Counted from the first letter of the stretch, positions 1-13,454 are shown. The stretch: 64,000 bases of DNA from Octopus vulgaris (GCA_951406725.2 OX597816.1:103354001-103418000), one strand, 5' to 3'. The notes: generated by a model from the letters alone, not told the origin. Numbers and translations: made by a program.

Positions 1-317
1 GGATTCATATAAGATTCTGTGAGGTCCACGTAAAAAAAAAGAGTAAATTAAAGATCCACAATAGAAGTTGAAGGGCCCTTGAAAAAAATGTTGCTTTAGA
101 TGTAAGGATTGGTATGTATTGCAAGAAACAGCAAGGATTCTTTCCCTAACATTTTACATAGTTCAACCTACGCAAATCAATGTGCGAAAAACAAAACAGG
201 AATTTTGAAAGACGTTTCTATAAAACCAGATTTTAAAAATTGAATGGCTAGAGGGGTCCATCAGAATAAAATAGTTATCAAAGGGGTCCATAGATAAAAA
301 ATGGTTGAGAATCACTG
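1..317. mobile_element. hAT/Charlie-like MITE, left end cut by the window edge
   Basis: Ends in TIR GGTTGAGAATCACTG (303-317). Its start (ggattcatataagattctgt) matches the interior of the complete copy at 50644-50879. Confidence 0.7.
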
Positions 318-334
318 CTCTAACTACTGAGCCA

Positions 335-545
335 CGCGTCTTCACAAATAATAGCTAAACACCGCTTAAATTACAGACTTGAATAAAGTAAGGAAAGAGA
401 AATCGTTAGATAACTTAACCCTACATACTTCTAAAAGAAACAAAAAAGCAAGATGGTCATAGTTGGAATGTATTTGATTATAAATCTTGTCTGCTGGATT
501 AGAGTTTCGCTGAGCCTAAGTAGCAAGAACTAATACAACTACCGT
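335..545 (+). mobile_element. Old dispersed repeat (family D, probable SINE/LINE tail ending ...ctggggctaaacaacaac), degenerate
   Basis: Shares the motif chain aaatagc.gccaaat / gatggtca.ggctggaatg / tttgatcatagg / ctaa(caa)n with decayed copies near 8050-8200, 10330-10500, 16490-16680, 23478-23560, 28835-29060, 42325-42750, 48970-49635, 51610-51710 and 53170-53370 (both orientations). Confidence 0.5.
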
Positions 546-1384
546 AGCCACAACCACTGTATAAAAGTATCAGAACCTGCTGGAATCATAGGGTTACTTT
601 TATAATACATATGGCTTGCCTTGCGCATTCAGCCTAGCACGTTCCATCCGTCCTTGATCACTGCCGATTTCTTCTACTACTAGAGAGACAGTAAAAAAAG
701 AATGTAAGTGTGAGATAAGGAAGAGTCAAACAGTACTGAACAAGAACTTTGTTTACATACACGGAAAGAGTCAAAGACAAATTTAACCTACATGGCATTT
801 GAGCGTTTAATACAGATACCCGGAACGAACATCGCATGTCTTTCCATCCAACTCTCTAAAAACTCTTCCAAATGAACGCTATTATAAATACTGAACAACA
901 AATACCATAAAGAGAAGACATGATTGTATCATGTTGCTGGGAAAAAAAAGTAGCTTATATTACAGAAAAATATTTTAAAAAATGTGTTCTTACACAAGCA
1001 AGCAAGAGCTCTGATATTTTGTGGAGAATGTTTCACTTGATTATATGGAACTCAGATTTAGACTAATATTTACTTTTACTGAGCCAATAGAAATTGGACA
1101 ACAAATAATAAAGGAATGTGGCAAAATTCTGCAAAAGCATTTTGCCGTTCTGTTTAATGAAAGAAATTGAAGACATAAAACGAAATTTTTAACATACGTT
1201 GCGCTTGAAACCACAAAATCGAAGATGTAATTAACATTTTTAATTTAATGAGACAATGTTATGAAAATCTGTAAGTTTATGTATGAAAACTGAAATAAGC
1301 ACGTTTTTAAAACGACGGACTTCTACACTGCTATTATGTAACTACATTACTCTAGATATCTTATAGATAAGAATAGCTAAACAC

Positions 1385-1660
1385 ATATAGGGGCATGGCT
1401 ATATCAGTTGCTTGGTAGACCATAATCTTCGTCTTCAAAGTTAGGTCTTTGTTTTTAAATACCTGTCTTGTTAGTTTAACGAAAGCTGAGTTAACCGATC
1501 TGATTCTTCGTTCCACATCTTGCCTAGAATTGCATTTGGTGGAGAACACGCTTCGAAGGTAAACAAAGTGATTAACTTGAACTAGTGGTGTGCTCGAAAT
1601 GACAATATTAAAGTCCAGAAGGGCAGGATTCGGGGCTGGTTGGGCGGGGACTTGAGTATT
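1385..1660 (-). mobile_element. RTE/BovB-type LINE fragment, region just C-terminal to the RT domain
   Basis: ORF 1361..1747 contains LVQVNHFVYLRSVFS...DVERRIRSVNSAFVKLTRQVFKNKDLTLKTKIMVYQA...LY, matching the RTE pattern V..F.YLGS..S...EV..RI..A..AFG.L...VW....L.TK..VY.A. Confidence 0.85.
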
Positions 1661-2199
1661 TTTAAGTATCTTCAGTAAGCCCAAAACGTTGATATGCATT
1701 GGTGTAATTATCGACAGCTTTTTGCAGTTCAATATATAATTACACATTCAATTATACATCAAGCAATATGTGAATAACTAAAAACATTTATGAAAAATGA
1801 AAGATGACGCAACGCCTTGTGGAGCGCAAATTCATTAGATTGTTCAACAAATTCAGGGATCAGTTTTCAAAATTGCATATTTTTTAGGACATAATTTGGG
1901 CGTTTCTCAGTAAAGATTAATATATACAGGAAGCATTAAAAATATATCAAAAATGTAAACTGACTATGTATAAATCGACATCTTCCTCCTCTTCGTTATA
2001 TTCTCGTTTTTTCTCATAATTCTGAGAATAGAAAAAGGTTTTTACTGAAAGATTTACAGTTTGTTCACTTTTAATTCATTTAGTCGAGAACAATGTTTCT
2101 TAAGCGTTAAAAAATGTTAAAAAATGTAAAAAAAGAGAAAGAAAAGAAAAAGGAAAACAAAAGTAATAATCTTTTATCTTTGTAGTTCATATTTTGCTT

Positions 2200-2520
2200 G
2201 TTTTAGTGATGGGAATACTGCTATGCTGGGTTCACTACCAGGTTCTTATTCTACCGGTCTCTTTTGCTGAACTACTAGGTGACGAAAATATAAACAAACT
2301 AACACCGGTTGTCTACTGGTGGTGGTGGGACAAACACAAACACACACACACACATAACGGATTCTACACAGTTTCCGTCTACCAAATTCACTCACAAGGC
2401 ACTGTCCAGCTCGGGGCTATAGTAGACAGCACATGCACAAGGTGCTGCGCAGCGGGGGAAGACTCTGAAGTCGCATGGTTGCAAAGCAAGCTTCTTAACT
2501 TCATAGACCGTCTGCACCGA
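2200..2520 (-). mobile_element. tRNA-derived SINE family A, degenerate
   Basis: Reverse complement of family A motifs (cagtttccgtctaccaaattcactcacaaggc...gctatagtag) with an internal (CA)n. Confidence 0.7.
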
Positions 2521-2630
2521 TTTGTTTGATGATGAAAAACAGTAGCAGTTAGATATTCACGTTCCAATCTGACAGAACGTACTGAGAATGAATAGATACA
2601 TTATTGCTTATAGAGATATTTATTTTCTGA

Positions 2631-2920
<290 letters not shown>

Positions 2921-3179
2921 GCATATTCTTGTGATCTTTAGTTATGTCATTTTTAAAAAAAATTTTATATAATGTCACCGCATTATCGTGGGATACTTCT
3001 TATAAGTTAGTTAAATGATTTTGTCCTTAATATTGCTTGGCGGTTCGGTATATGGAGATTAAATTAAAGTTAAAGTGACAGTGTTCCACAGTTCCGATTA
3101 CATGGTCTAAGCCCTATTGGCTAAAAGAGAGAAGCACAAATACATAATCAACTGAACTTAAAAATTTATCTCTTTCATC

Positions 3180-4140
3180 CCGAATCCTATTTTGGATAGA
3201 CCACCCCAAGCGTTTTACTAATTTTCAAACATATTTTCAGAGGTAGTGTTCACTTCTCGTAGCAATTTTTCTTTCAATTATTTTCTGTCATCGGAAATCG
3301 ATGATCTTTCAGAGTAGTTTCTAACTTGGGAAAGAAAGTTAAATCTACGCAGAGATGAAATCCAGAAAGGGAAGTTGCTCTGGGGTGAAACTCCCTTCCA
3401 ATAAGGTATGATGAGCGTGCAAGAGCTTTGTGTGGTACAACATCCAAGTTTTGTTTGTCCATGCCTCAACCGTCTCCCTCGTAACTACTTTTGTCAAATG
3501 CTACATACATATATTATATATATATATATGAAAAAAAAAAAGAGGAGCATCACCTTCACATGTAAGTAGCCTTGAGGAGGTTGCTGCGACGATAATGTAC
3601 TCCACTGCAACAACGATCTTTTTACACAGCTATGTTTCGTCACGTGTTATAACACTTTTCAGAAAGTTTCTATCAACATCCGAACGACTGAACGGAACTC
3701 AATTTTATTTTGGTTTATCTCTCAGCAGACCTGGGAAAAATTTTTGCTGTGACACGATGCGTCTTGAATTTGTTCTCTTACCACCTTACAACACGAAATT
3801 TCACAGATACCTACCTCTTTAGAAACTTTACGGGCAATGAAGCGACAATTATTTTCACGATGACAGTAGGAACTTTCACAAAATGATTGTGTGCAGTCCA
3901 AACACTCCTTCACGTTGTTTTGGCTACATTACAATGCATAGTTCCAGTAAAAAATTTTCTCAGTTTGAAACAAAATTTCTTTCAAACACCTTGTTATTCC
4001 AAATTCATTCTTCCGTGTAACAAATCATGAAGTACATCATACAAGTGAGGTGTAATGATAGATTAGGCTGAAAATGACGCTCACCAATACGTAGCATTGC
4101 AGTCACATAAACTTTGCGCCAAATCTGGTTGACCCGGTGT
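3180..4140 (-). mobile_element. Decayed mariner (Tc1/mariner) transposase relic, interrupted by a TA/A run at about 3505-3541
   Basis: Minus-strand frames give KFCFKL, IARKVSKEVGI, HRVTAK, EAWTNKTWMLYH (cf. W.LHHDNAPAH) and FFPKLETTLKDHRF (cf. LFPKLK..LKG.RF), with frameshifts and stops. Confidence 0.75.
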
Positions 4141-4216
4141 TTTACAAGTTTGTTTTCGTTTGGATAAATTTTGTGTGCGTGCGTGTGTGTATGTGTAACT
4201 GCTTACAAGTTTATAT

Positions 4217-4256
<40 letters not shown>

Positions 4257-4257
<1 letters not shown>

Positions 4258-4591
4258 TGAAACTAGGTAAATATAAGCCTTCGAACAGAGACGTCAGTGG
4301 CGACACCTGCGGGGTCTGACTGCGCTACATTGACAAGGGGCAATACCCCGAAACGCGTCTGTAGCTGTCGGACTGGCAGTGTGAAGTGGCTGACCTCCCT
4401 TGTTCGAAGGTTATAATGGATACAGATCGTGTATCAATAGCTATCTTAAGGCGGTGGCCTCATGGAGCTGACCAGGGGCAGCGATTATTCTTATATCTAT
4501 AAGAATGCCATATTAATATGGCGATAACAATTAATTTCCAGTAAACGCTGTCGTAATCTCTTTTATAGAGACTTAGTAATTTTAATATTTC

Positions 4592-4595
<4 letters not shown>
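4257..4595 (+). mobile_element. Structured ~340-bp element between (TA)n tracts; Penelope pLTR-like or retrozyme-like monomer
   Basis: GC-richer island bounded by TA microsatellites. Contains a hammerhead fold, a 144-nt hairpin (4272-4415), hairpin attcttata/tataagaat (4487-4506) and the perfect palindrome gccatattaatatggc (4507-4522). Confidence 0.6.
4324..4365 (+). ncRNA. Type I hammerhead ribozyme (minimal, U3-A8 core variant)
   Basis: Stem I GCTACA(4324-29)/TGTAGC(4360-65); core TTGACAA(4330-36); stem II GGGG/CCCC with loop CAATA; GAAA(4350-53); palindromic stem III ACGCGT; GTC cleavage triplet ending at 4359. Confidence 0.8.
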
Positions 4596-4647
<52 letters not shown>

Positions 4648-4804
4648 TTGTGTATATATATATATAAATATATATATGTAATTCTTTTCTGAACAGTGGA
4701 TTTCAAAGCAAATAAAACTGTGTTTCGAGATCCCCCGGTCCCCACAAAAAGATAAAAGAATTATTTCATGCTTTCTCGAAAGTTTATAAAATCTTGTGAT
4801 GTCA

Positions 4805-4862
<58 letters not shown>

Positions 4863-5559
4863 ATTTTCAAATAAAAAATAAAAATTATTTCACCACTGTT
4901 ACTGCTCGCAAGAAATATAAAGGCATCGCCAGAAATACTTCATAATACAAATGTGTAAACGTATAAAACCGACCCTTCGTGTTATTTGGAAGCTAACATT
5001 ATTGGAAGTAACTTGAGTTGAACGAAAGCAAATTGATTTCATACTCAAGTATTTTTTATCAAGGAGAAACAAAACAGGAAAAGAAAACCTATAAAGTTAG
5101 TCCAAAAAGCAATGCAATATTTCCTTTGTCTATGGATATCATGTAGGGTATAGAATAATATTATTTTAATGAATAATTGAATTACAAGGCTTTTCTTTAG
5201 ATCTTTTAGTATCAAAGTGCCTGCTTGAAGAGGACTTCTAAAGTAAGAATTAATGTAGACTCTTTACAGAGTCTTGATAAAAAGAATAGAACCCTAGAGA
5301 TTAACTGTTCAAAGTTCCAGTATTAAAATAAAAGAAACGATACCTACGATCTGAATACCTAGTTTAGTGGAATATCAGCTACAGTATAACTAATGAATAA
5401 AGATGAGGTAACACTTAACACTTTCTTATTAATCTACACCTGTGAGAATATTAAATGAAGGCGTAGGGAAATGATGGAATAACGTTGGCTAGAGTATAAA
5501 TAACTTTTATTATCTTAATAAAAAAAAAATAACAGATTATTAAACTGATACAGTTAAAT

Positions 5560-5670
5560 CTATCTCTCAGCAGACCTGGCACAAATTTTTGCAGTGACAC
5601 GATGCGTCTTGAATTTGTTCTCTTACAACCTTGTGACACGAACCTTCACAGATACCTACCACTTCAGAAA
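5560..5670 (-). mobile_element. Second mariner fragment, near-copy of 3716-3826
   Basis: tatctctcagcagacctgg...gtgacacgatgcgtcttgaatttgttctcttac...cacagatacctacc occurs at both loci. Confidence 0.75.
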
Positions 5671-6909
5671 GATTCTTGCTAATTTCCCTATAAGTTGTAT
5701 TTTAAAGTCAAGCTTTATAACTATAATAACTGGAAGCTAAAACATGGAATTCATATATTTTACTTCTGTTACATGTAACATGTACAATAGCTTTAGAACA
5801 TTTTGCTGTATTTCTAGCTGATTATATTCTCGCACACAATTTTTTTTTTTTTTTACATATCATTGAGATTACACACAGACACACACATACATATGTATGT
5901 ATGTCTATGCGCGTGAGTATATACACGAGTATACGTGCTTGTGTGCGTGTGCATGTCTGTATATGCTTCTGCGTTTGTGATTCACTTTCTTTGGTTATTA
6001 ATTTTACCATTCTCCTTTGGTTTTATTTTTGCTCAGAAACTAATTCTTTAATCTTATTATTTTGCATATGATCACGGATATGCTTCATGCAATACATGCT
6101 TGACTATCAGTATTAAGGGAACTCAAAGCAGCTTTATAGACGTATTTTTTTCCCACATGCACACACCTGGGGCTGATAAGTGTTATCATATAGATACTAC
6201 CATATTATTATAACAGTTGCTGTAATACCACTTAACAGATTCCATAGATAACTAGATATCATTTCATGGCAAACTATAAAAGCTATTTCACAATACTTTA
6301 TGCCTCTTTCAGAAACTGGGTGGTGAAGTTTAATTTGGTGAAATATATTTTTAGATAATACATAAAGCTATATCTAACGGCTTAAAAAGCATATTTCTTT
6401 CCCTTAGAATAAGTATTGCCCCCCAAAATCAGCCTATCCCATATAAACACAAAGTCTAGGGTTTGAGTTACTGGCAATTATATTGCAGTGCCCCATAAAA
6501 TGAAGCTTATCTTTAACAAAACTACTTCCGAAACAATATATATATATATATACCAATAATACTTATAAAATAAAAACTCCATTTGGAAAATTAAATGTCA
6601 AGCGCTTAACCACGTACATAAACAAACTAGTGGTCTACAAAATAACTCCCCCCCCCCTCAAAAAAAGAACAAGCAAACAAATAACTTTACAAATATTTAT
6701 ATTCCGAAAATTTGAGATGTTCGACAAACCCAGTTATCTTCGTCGCTCAAAACCCATTGACTACTTACCTTCATTTCATTCAATTGTTTTATATAACGTC
6801 CGAGGAAAGAATCGCTTTTCAAAACGCAAAGAAGAAACAAGAACAAACTAAGTGAAATTCAGGCATTTAGGTTATTAGTAGCTATATAATATCATGTAAT
6901 ATAGTATAC

Positions 6910-6961
<52 letters not shown>

Positions 6962-7273
6962 GGTGGGGTGCTACACACATACATACATATACACAGACAC
7001 ATACACACATACACACATATACATACGTACAAACATACATGCATACATAATACATACATACATACATACATACATACATACATACAAACTTAATAGACTT
7101 GTATAAATGAGATATACTTACATTATGCAAATTAGTAGATCCAATTCTCTGCCGGGTGGCAGCAGCGTTTAGAGAGGTTAAATAATAAACACTTAGAGAA
7201 GTTAAATAACGGCAGTAGTCATTGTTAAATTTTTCACTATATTCTAATCCATTGTTAATATACCAATGACAAG

Positions 7274-7677
7274 AAGGCGGCGTGCTGGCAGAAACGTTAG
7301 CACGCCGGACGAAATGCGTAGCCGTATTTCGTCTGCCGTTACGTTCTAAGTTCAAATTCCGCCGAGGTCGACTTTGCCTTTCATCCTTTTGGGGGTCGAT
7401 AAATTAAGTACCATTTACACACTGGGGTCGATATAATCGACTTAATCCGTTTGTCTGTCCTTGTTTGTCCTCTCTGTGTTTAGCCCATTGGGGGAGTAAA
7501 GAAATAGGTATTTCGTCTGTCGTTACATTCTGAGCTCAAATTCAGCCGAGGTCGACTTTGCCTTTCATCCTTTCGGGGTCGATAAATTAAGTACCAGTTG
7601 TGTACTGGGGTCGATCTAATCGACTGACCACCTCCCCAAAAGTTTTGGGCCTTGAGCTTAGAATAGAAAAGAATATT
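7274..7677 (+). mobile_element. tRNA-derived SINE family B, dimeric
   Basis: Head aaggcggcg.gctggcagaaacgttag with B-box-like gttcaaattcc. A second body restarts at ggtatttcgtc (7507) after the tail gtaaagaaata. Confidence 0.9.
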
Positions 7678-9643
7678 TCAGTGGCAAAGTAGAGTGGCTG
7701 AAACTGCAGAAAGCAATATTACACTTTTCACGTTTCAAGTTCAAATCCCCTGTAGTATCATGTTTGTCTTTCTTTTCACCGGATCGATAAAATTGGTAAA
7801 CACCAGTAATGTATATCTCTTTCTCTCTGTCCTTTATGAAAAATGTTAAGAAAAACAAACGCTGTGAATATTTTACCTCAAGCCAGCCTTTTGATCGTGA
7901 AAAATTGCTCTTATGAAAGTATGTTTGGATGTATTTATACTGCATTCCGTTTTTTGTATAAACTGATTCTTCATTTTATATTAGCCCGAATGTCTGTTGT
8001 AGTTAGTTGCTCCTGTATTTCTTATTTAAGTCACCATAGCTGGATTAAATTATAATCAAAGATGTTCTAGCCATGGTCACTCCATAATTTGTATATCTAA
8101 AACATACTGCCTGATGCAACCTTCTTTTTTGAAATGATATGGTGTGATATGAGGGACATTTGGTGGTTATGTTTTACCAGGTCGAATAACCACATAGACC
8201 ACGTCCAATATTTCGCCATAAGTCGAATTTGAAACCATCTAACGCAGTCTCTAAAACCACATATGGAAAATAAATAGATAAATAAATAAATACATCAGCT
8301 GTTCAGATCTGAAGGCCAAAGCAATCATTGAATATATATATTGTATATCTATAAACTTACAAAATTACATATTCATTAGTTTTCTCCAAAAGTTCTTTTG
8401 TACTTGAACTTGAAATTTGTTCATCGTACTAAAAGAGGTAGAACGCCACCACCGAAAAGTAGAGCAGCATATCAATCTTATGAAAAATAAATAAATAAAT
8501 TGTGGATTTGTCTTGAGCTAAAGTTAGAAATCACTCCTTCCAATCTCATGTTCTACATGGTTTATTTGCTTCTAGATAAAAATCACTTCCTCTCATCTCT
8601 TCTTCCTTGAAGTTATATTTGACCTTCATGAGGAGGAGTAAGCAGTTTCACTTTTCCTCTCAAACTCTTATATAAGCGAACTATTATGCAATTTACTTCA
8701 AACATTAAGGTTATTTCATACTATGAGGAATATCTTCATATTTGAAAAAATGGTATTTAATTAAGTTCTATTTTAAACCTTCAGAAAATCATGCTTTAAT
8801 TTTAAAAGATTAATTTTTACTCTAAGAATCAGATGCACACCTTACAATTAATAAGACGGTATATTTTTTATTGATTGTTCTGTAAGTTATTGCTGCATTC
8901 AGTCAACATTTTCAATTTGAATTTTGATAATCCTCACTTAATTAATCCTTTAACTGATTTACTTTTTCATCTGGAATTTAAAAGGTGGAGTTTAATTATG
9001 GCTCAAGGAGAAAAAGGAATGTTTATTGACTTTCTTTTCGTCTCCTTGCACTCCAGGAAGGAATCGAAACTTCATCAAGTTGAAGTTCATTTGCTGAGTG
9101 TTCTGCTTCAATTGAGGCAAACCAAAAGTTATTGCGGAACAGGGATAGAATTCTAAAAGGATACATTTTCTTTTTGAGAAGGAAACAGAAAAGGAAAGCT
9201 GGAGAAGAAATTGGGCAGAATGGTACAATGATTATGATTACTATCCAAACATTTGAAAGTGGCGAAGTCGAATAAACGTATACTCGTACAGACTTATATT
9301 TTTTTCTATCGACCAGGGAAGGATAAAAAGCTAAGTCGCTCCTCCCTTACCTAATTTGTTTTCAGATATTACCAAATACCTTAAGGACATTTTCACATTG
9401 CTCTACCGATTCTGTAATCAACTTCAATATTAACCAAAAATCAACTAAATGAAAACCAAAAGAAAAAAGTAAGCATCTTGTCAGAATTTGGATAATTATT
9501 AATGTCATCAATATATGTCTTATGAAAGTATGTGTTTCGATGTATTTATAGTATTTATATTACATTTCGTTTTTGTATAAGCTGATTCTGCATTTTATAT
9601 TAATCCGAATGTCTGTTGTATTGCGTTTCTTACATAAGTCACC

Positions 9644-10031
9644 GGAGGCGCAATGGCCCAGTGGTTAGGGCAGCAGACTCGCGGTCATAGGATCGCGGTT
9701 TCGATTCCCAGACCGGGCGTTGTGAGTGTTTATTGAGCGAAAACACCTAAAAGCTCCACGAGGCTCTGGCAGGGGATGGTGGTGATCCCTGCTGTACTCT
9801 TTCACCACAACTTTCTCTCACTCTTACTTCCTGTTTCTGTTGTACCTGTATTTCAAGGGGCCGGCCTTGTCACTCTCTGTGTCACGCTGAATATCCCCGA
9901 GAACTACGTTAAAGGGTGCACGTGTCTGTGAAGTGCTCAGCCACTTACACGTTAATTTCACGAGCAGGCTGTTCCGTTGATTCGGATCAACCGGAACCCT
10001 CGTCGTCGTAACCGACGGAGTGCTTCCAACC
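9644..10031 (+). mobile_element. Full-length tRNA-derived SINE family C with 12-bp TSD
   Basis: A box tggcccagtgg and B box ggtttcgattcc; TSD ACATAAGTCACC at 9632-9643 and 10032-10043. Confidence 0.92.
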
Positions 10032-11887
10032 ACATAAGTCACCAAGCTGGATTAAATTATAATCAGATTTCTTGACTGAAAATTTTAACGTTCGAAACGT
10101 GCTTCTTAAAAATGTAATTATATATTTTTATATATATTCATTGATTATTCAGTAGTCTCTGAGATAGAGTGGGCACTCAATTAGCAATCTACCAAGCAAC
10201 ATGCCGGGCCAAAAGTTTGTGGCTCCAAATTCCTTGGTAATTGGATATAAGGCCAAGCTCTAGCAGTGCCTTCAGAACTGAATATTCTGGCTACATATTT
10301 GCAGGGCTTTTCTGTATATGCTATTGTTAATGTTTAGGCTCAGGTCAAGCCGCATCTGGTTGACCTATGACGAAAGGTATTCTGGTTATAAAAACACTAC
10401 CCTTTTGTATATTCCAGTGTGTTCTTTATTTAAGAAAGCTTATTTGTTAGAGAGTTGGCTGCTATTCTTAGCAGGTTGACTAATAGTACAGTGGTTTCCT
10501 GTATATATAATATTACTGTATCAAAGAATTGGAAGAGTGTTATTCTGCTCTGGTGGTTTGCTTTTTGATGAGTGCTTGCTCTGAGCTGTGTCAGGATGCC
10601 TTTTGAAGGAGTCAGAGGAAACAGTGACGATGAAACAGGAATTGATGAGTGTACATATGAACGAGAGTTTTTCCTGTAAGACGACAACATCAATAACACT
10701 TAAATCTTCTTGCATATCAATTACCTGACATCCGTAATATTTTTTTCTTTTTTCAGAAAAATTAGAAATATAATTTTTTGCAAAAACTTAATTAGGTGTT
10801 CCAACGTCCGTTATTTTAAATGGATGTAAATTATATACCCTCAAACAAAACATTTTATATTAAGGTCTCTGTAGCAGTCCCTCCAAAAAGATTTAGTATT
10901 AAGCTGCACTGAGAAGAGTATAAGAACCATCCAACTTTTGGATCGCTTATCCACCACTATAACTAACTCGTGTTTTCGCTCTCCCATTTACTCTTATGGT
11001 GCGGTAATTAATTCAGTTTGTTTCTGTTCATTTAACTTAGAAATATCTTCTGCTTATGGTTGAAAACACATAGTAATCGAACCATTTAACAACCTATAAC
11101 TATTTTAACAGTGTGTTAACAGCTGCTATGTGTGCATTTTAGGCTTAGTCTGTACTTTTTTTTATAATCAAAAGCTTTTAACTCATAACACGCATGAGTA
11201 AATGTAAATAATATAGATGATTCTCTATTTAAAATGGAGAAATTTAGCAAATCGGTTTTTCTTAATTTTGAATCTCAGCTTAAACGTGCAGTCTATTCTT
11301 TGCTCTATTCCTACCATTTTTATTTACTTAGTCTAACAATTTTTGGCATTTATTACCAAATTTGTACAGGCATTTATGAAATTATATACTTTCACGTTTT
11401 ATTCTGATAATTTTGTCTTTTAACTTTTTTTCCTCTTCACAAAATTGCTGAATGCTTCTTTTTTCCTATCAGTTTAATTCATGGTTGGATTAAAGTTCAA
11501 TTTGTTACATCGTAGCTTTTAGCTAAGCAATTTCGTGATTAAACTTCAGATTTTTCTAGTATATATTTATGTTGTACACATAATTAAAATAATCACTGCG
11601 ATAATATGCACACCGATTTAGAACTGTTTCTATAGCTGCGTTACTTCAAGCTGTATACTATATTAACTTGACAATGAGTTATTGACCAAGTAAAATACCT
11701 GCAAGAGATCAATACAAATGTGTGTTTGTATGTATGTGTGTGTGTGAGAGAGAGAGATAGAGACAGAAAGAGAGAGTGAGAGAGAGAGAGAGAGAGAGAT
11801 AACAATTCATATAAATCAAAACGAAGACATCTGATATTGTATTCGTACTGTTTGTATGTAATCTTATTTCAATATATATTGTAATGT

Positions 11888-12665
11888 AAGGCGGCGAGCT
11901 GGCAGAAACGTTAGTACGCCGGACGAAATGCTTAGCGGTATTTCGTCTGCCGCTACGTTCTGAGTTCAAATTCCACCGAGGTCGACTTTGCCTTTCATCC
12001 TTTCGGGGTCGATTAAATAAGTACTAGTTACGCACTGGAGTCGATATAATCGACCTAATCCGTTTGTCTGTCCTAGATTGCCCCTTCTGTGTTTAGCCCC
12101 TTCTGGGTAGTAAAGAAATAGGTATTTCGTCTGCGGTTACGTTCTGAGTTCAAATTCCGCCGAGGTCGACTTTGCCTTTCATCTTTTCGGGGTCGATTAA
12201 ATAAGTACCAATTACACACCGGGGTCGATATAATCGACTTAATCCGTTAGTCTGTCCTTGTTTGTCCCCCCTGTGCTGCCTTTCATCCTTTCGGGGCTGA
12301 TAAAATAAGCACCGGTTTTGCACTGGGGTCGATGAAATCGACTAGCCCCCACCCCCAAACTTCAGGCTTTGTGCCTTTGATAGAAAAGATTATTGTATTC
12401 GCACTTGTATGTAATATTATTTTAATATATATTGTAAAGTAAGGCGACGAGATGGCAAGATCGTTAGAACGCCGGCCAAAATGCTTAGCAACATTTCGTC
12501 TGCCTTCATGTTCTGAGTTCAGATTCCGCCGAGGTCGACTTTGCAAGTCATTCCTTTCGGGGTCGATAAAACAAATAACAGTTAAGCACTGGGATCGATG
12601 TAATCGACTTAGCCCGCTAGCTCGAAATTGCTGGCCTTGTGCCAAAATTCGATCCCATTATTTAT
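11888..12665 (+). mobile_element. SINE family B multimer plus a tandemly duplicated copy
   Basis: Heads at 11888 and 12441; internal restart at 12121 (184 bp after 11937). About 55 bp of upstream flank is duplicated (11837-11890 vs 12392-12443). Confidence 0.9.
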
Positions 12666-13030
12666 TGTAAAGACTGAATAAGCTGAAATGGAATTATCAG
12701 AAGATAACCGAACAAAATGTTCTGACTTCGCGTGTGTTGTGCTTAAAAACGTGTTTATATTTTTGAATATGATAAAGTTTAGAATTAGACTAGTTATCAT
12801 TATCTCCCACTCCCCCTCTCTTCTCCTTCCCCTCCTTTTTCCTCCCTTTAAGCTTTTTGTCTTTCTATATCTCCAAACATCTCTCCAAACCTTATCAGTT
12901 CATATACTTCCTATCCTTTCTCTTGTTTATCTCCCTCCACGTCTCTCTCCGTCCCATTCTCAGATTCCTACATGTACATTTTGTTAAATATTCATTTATG
13001 TAAATTTATACAGCTCACTCTTTCCGCTCC

Positions 13031-13062
<32 letters not shown>

Positions 13063-13454
13063 GTCACTATCTCCCACTTATAATCTTTCTTCAAATTCCT
13101 TCATCTCAAAACTCTTCTCCCCCAGCACCCTTTGCCTTTGTCATTCTTTAAATTGTATACAAGTTCTCACACTTTCTGTCAAACGACTATGAATGTTTAA
13201 TAACTGAAAAATCTTTCTCCCTTCCCCATACACGCATGCGTCTTAATAATCCCATACAATTACGCGTAGCACATACGTACATGTACAAGAATACTCGGAA
13301 ACTCGTTAGTAGTATACATTTGTATGTGGCCTAACACACACTCACACACACATACAGTGTGTGTGTGTGTTGCTGACTTATGTGTGGTTTCTAAAGTGGG
13401 TAGATCTTCAACTAGTACATTGTGCTAACGTGAGTGTGTGTGCCTGTGTGTGTG

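Noticed and set aside
8875-9230. Purine-rich ORF-like stretch
   Set aside because: No motif or splice support; possibly an unrecognisable old LINE fragment.
9644-9720. tRNA gene
   Set aside because: A and B boxes are present, but it is the head of a TSD-flanked SINE with no complete cloverleaf. The same applies to the other SINE heads.
10596-10675. Short frame MPFEGVRGNSDDETGIDECTYEREFF ending at CT|GTAAGA
   Set aside because: Only 26 codons, no recognisable homology and no partner exon; compatible with chance.
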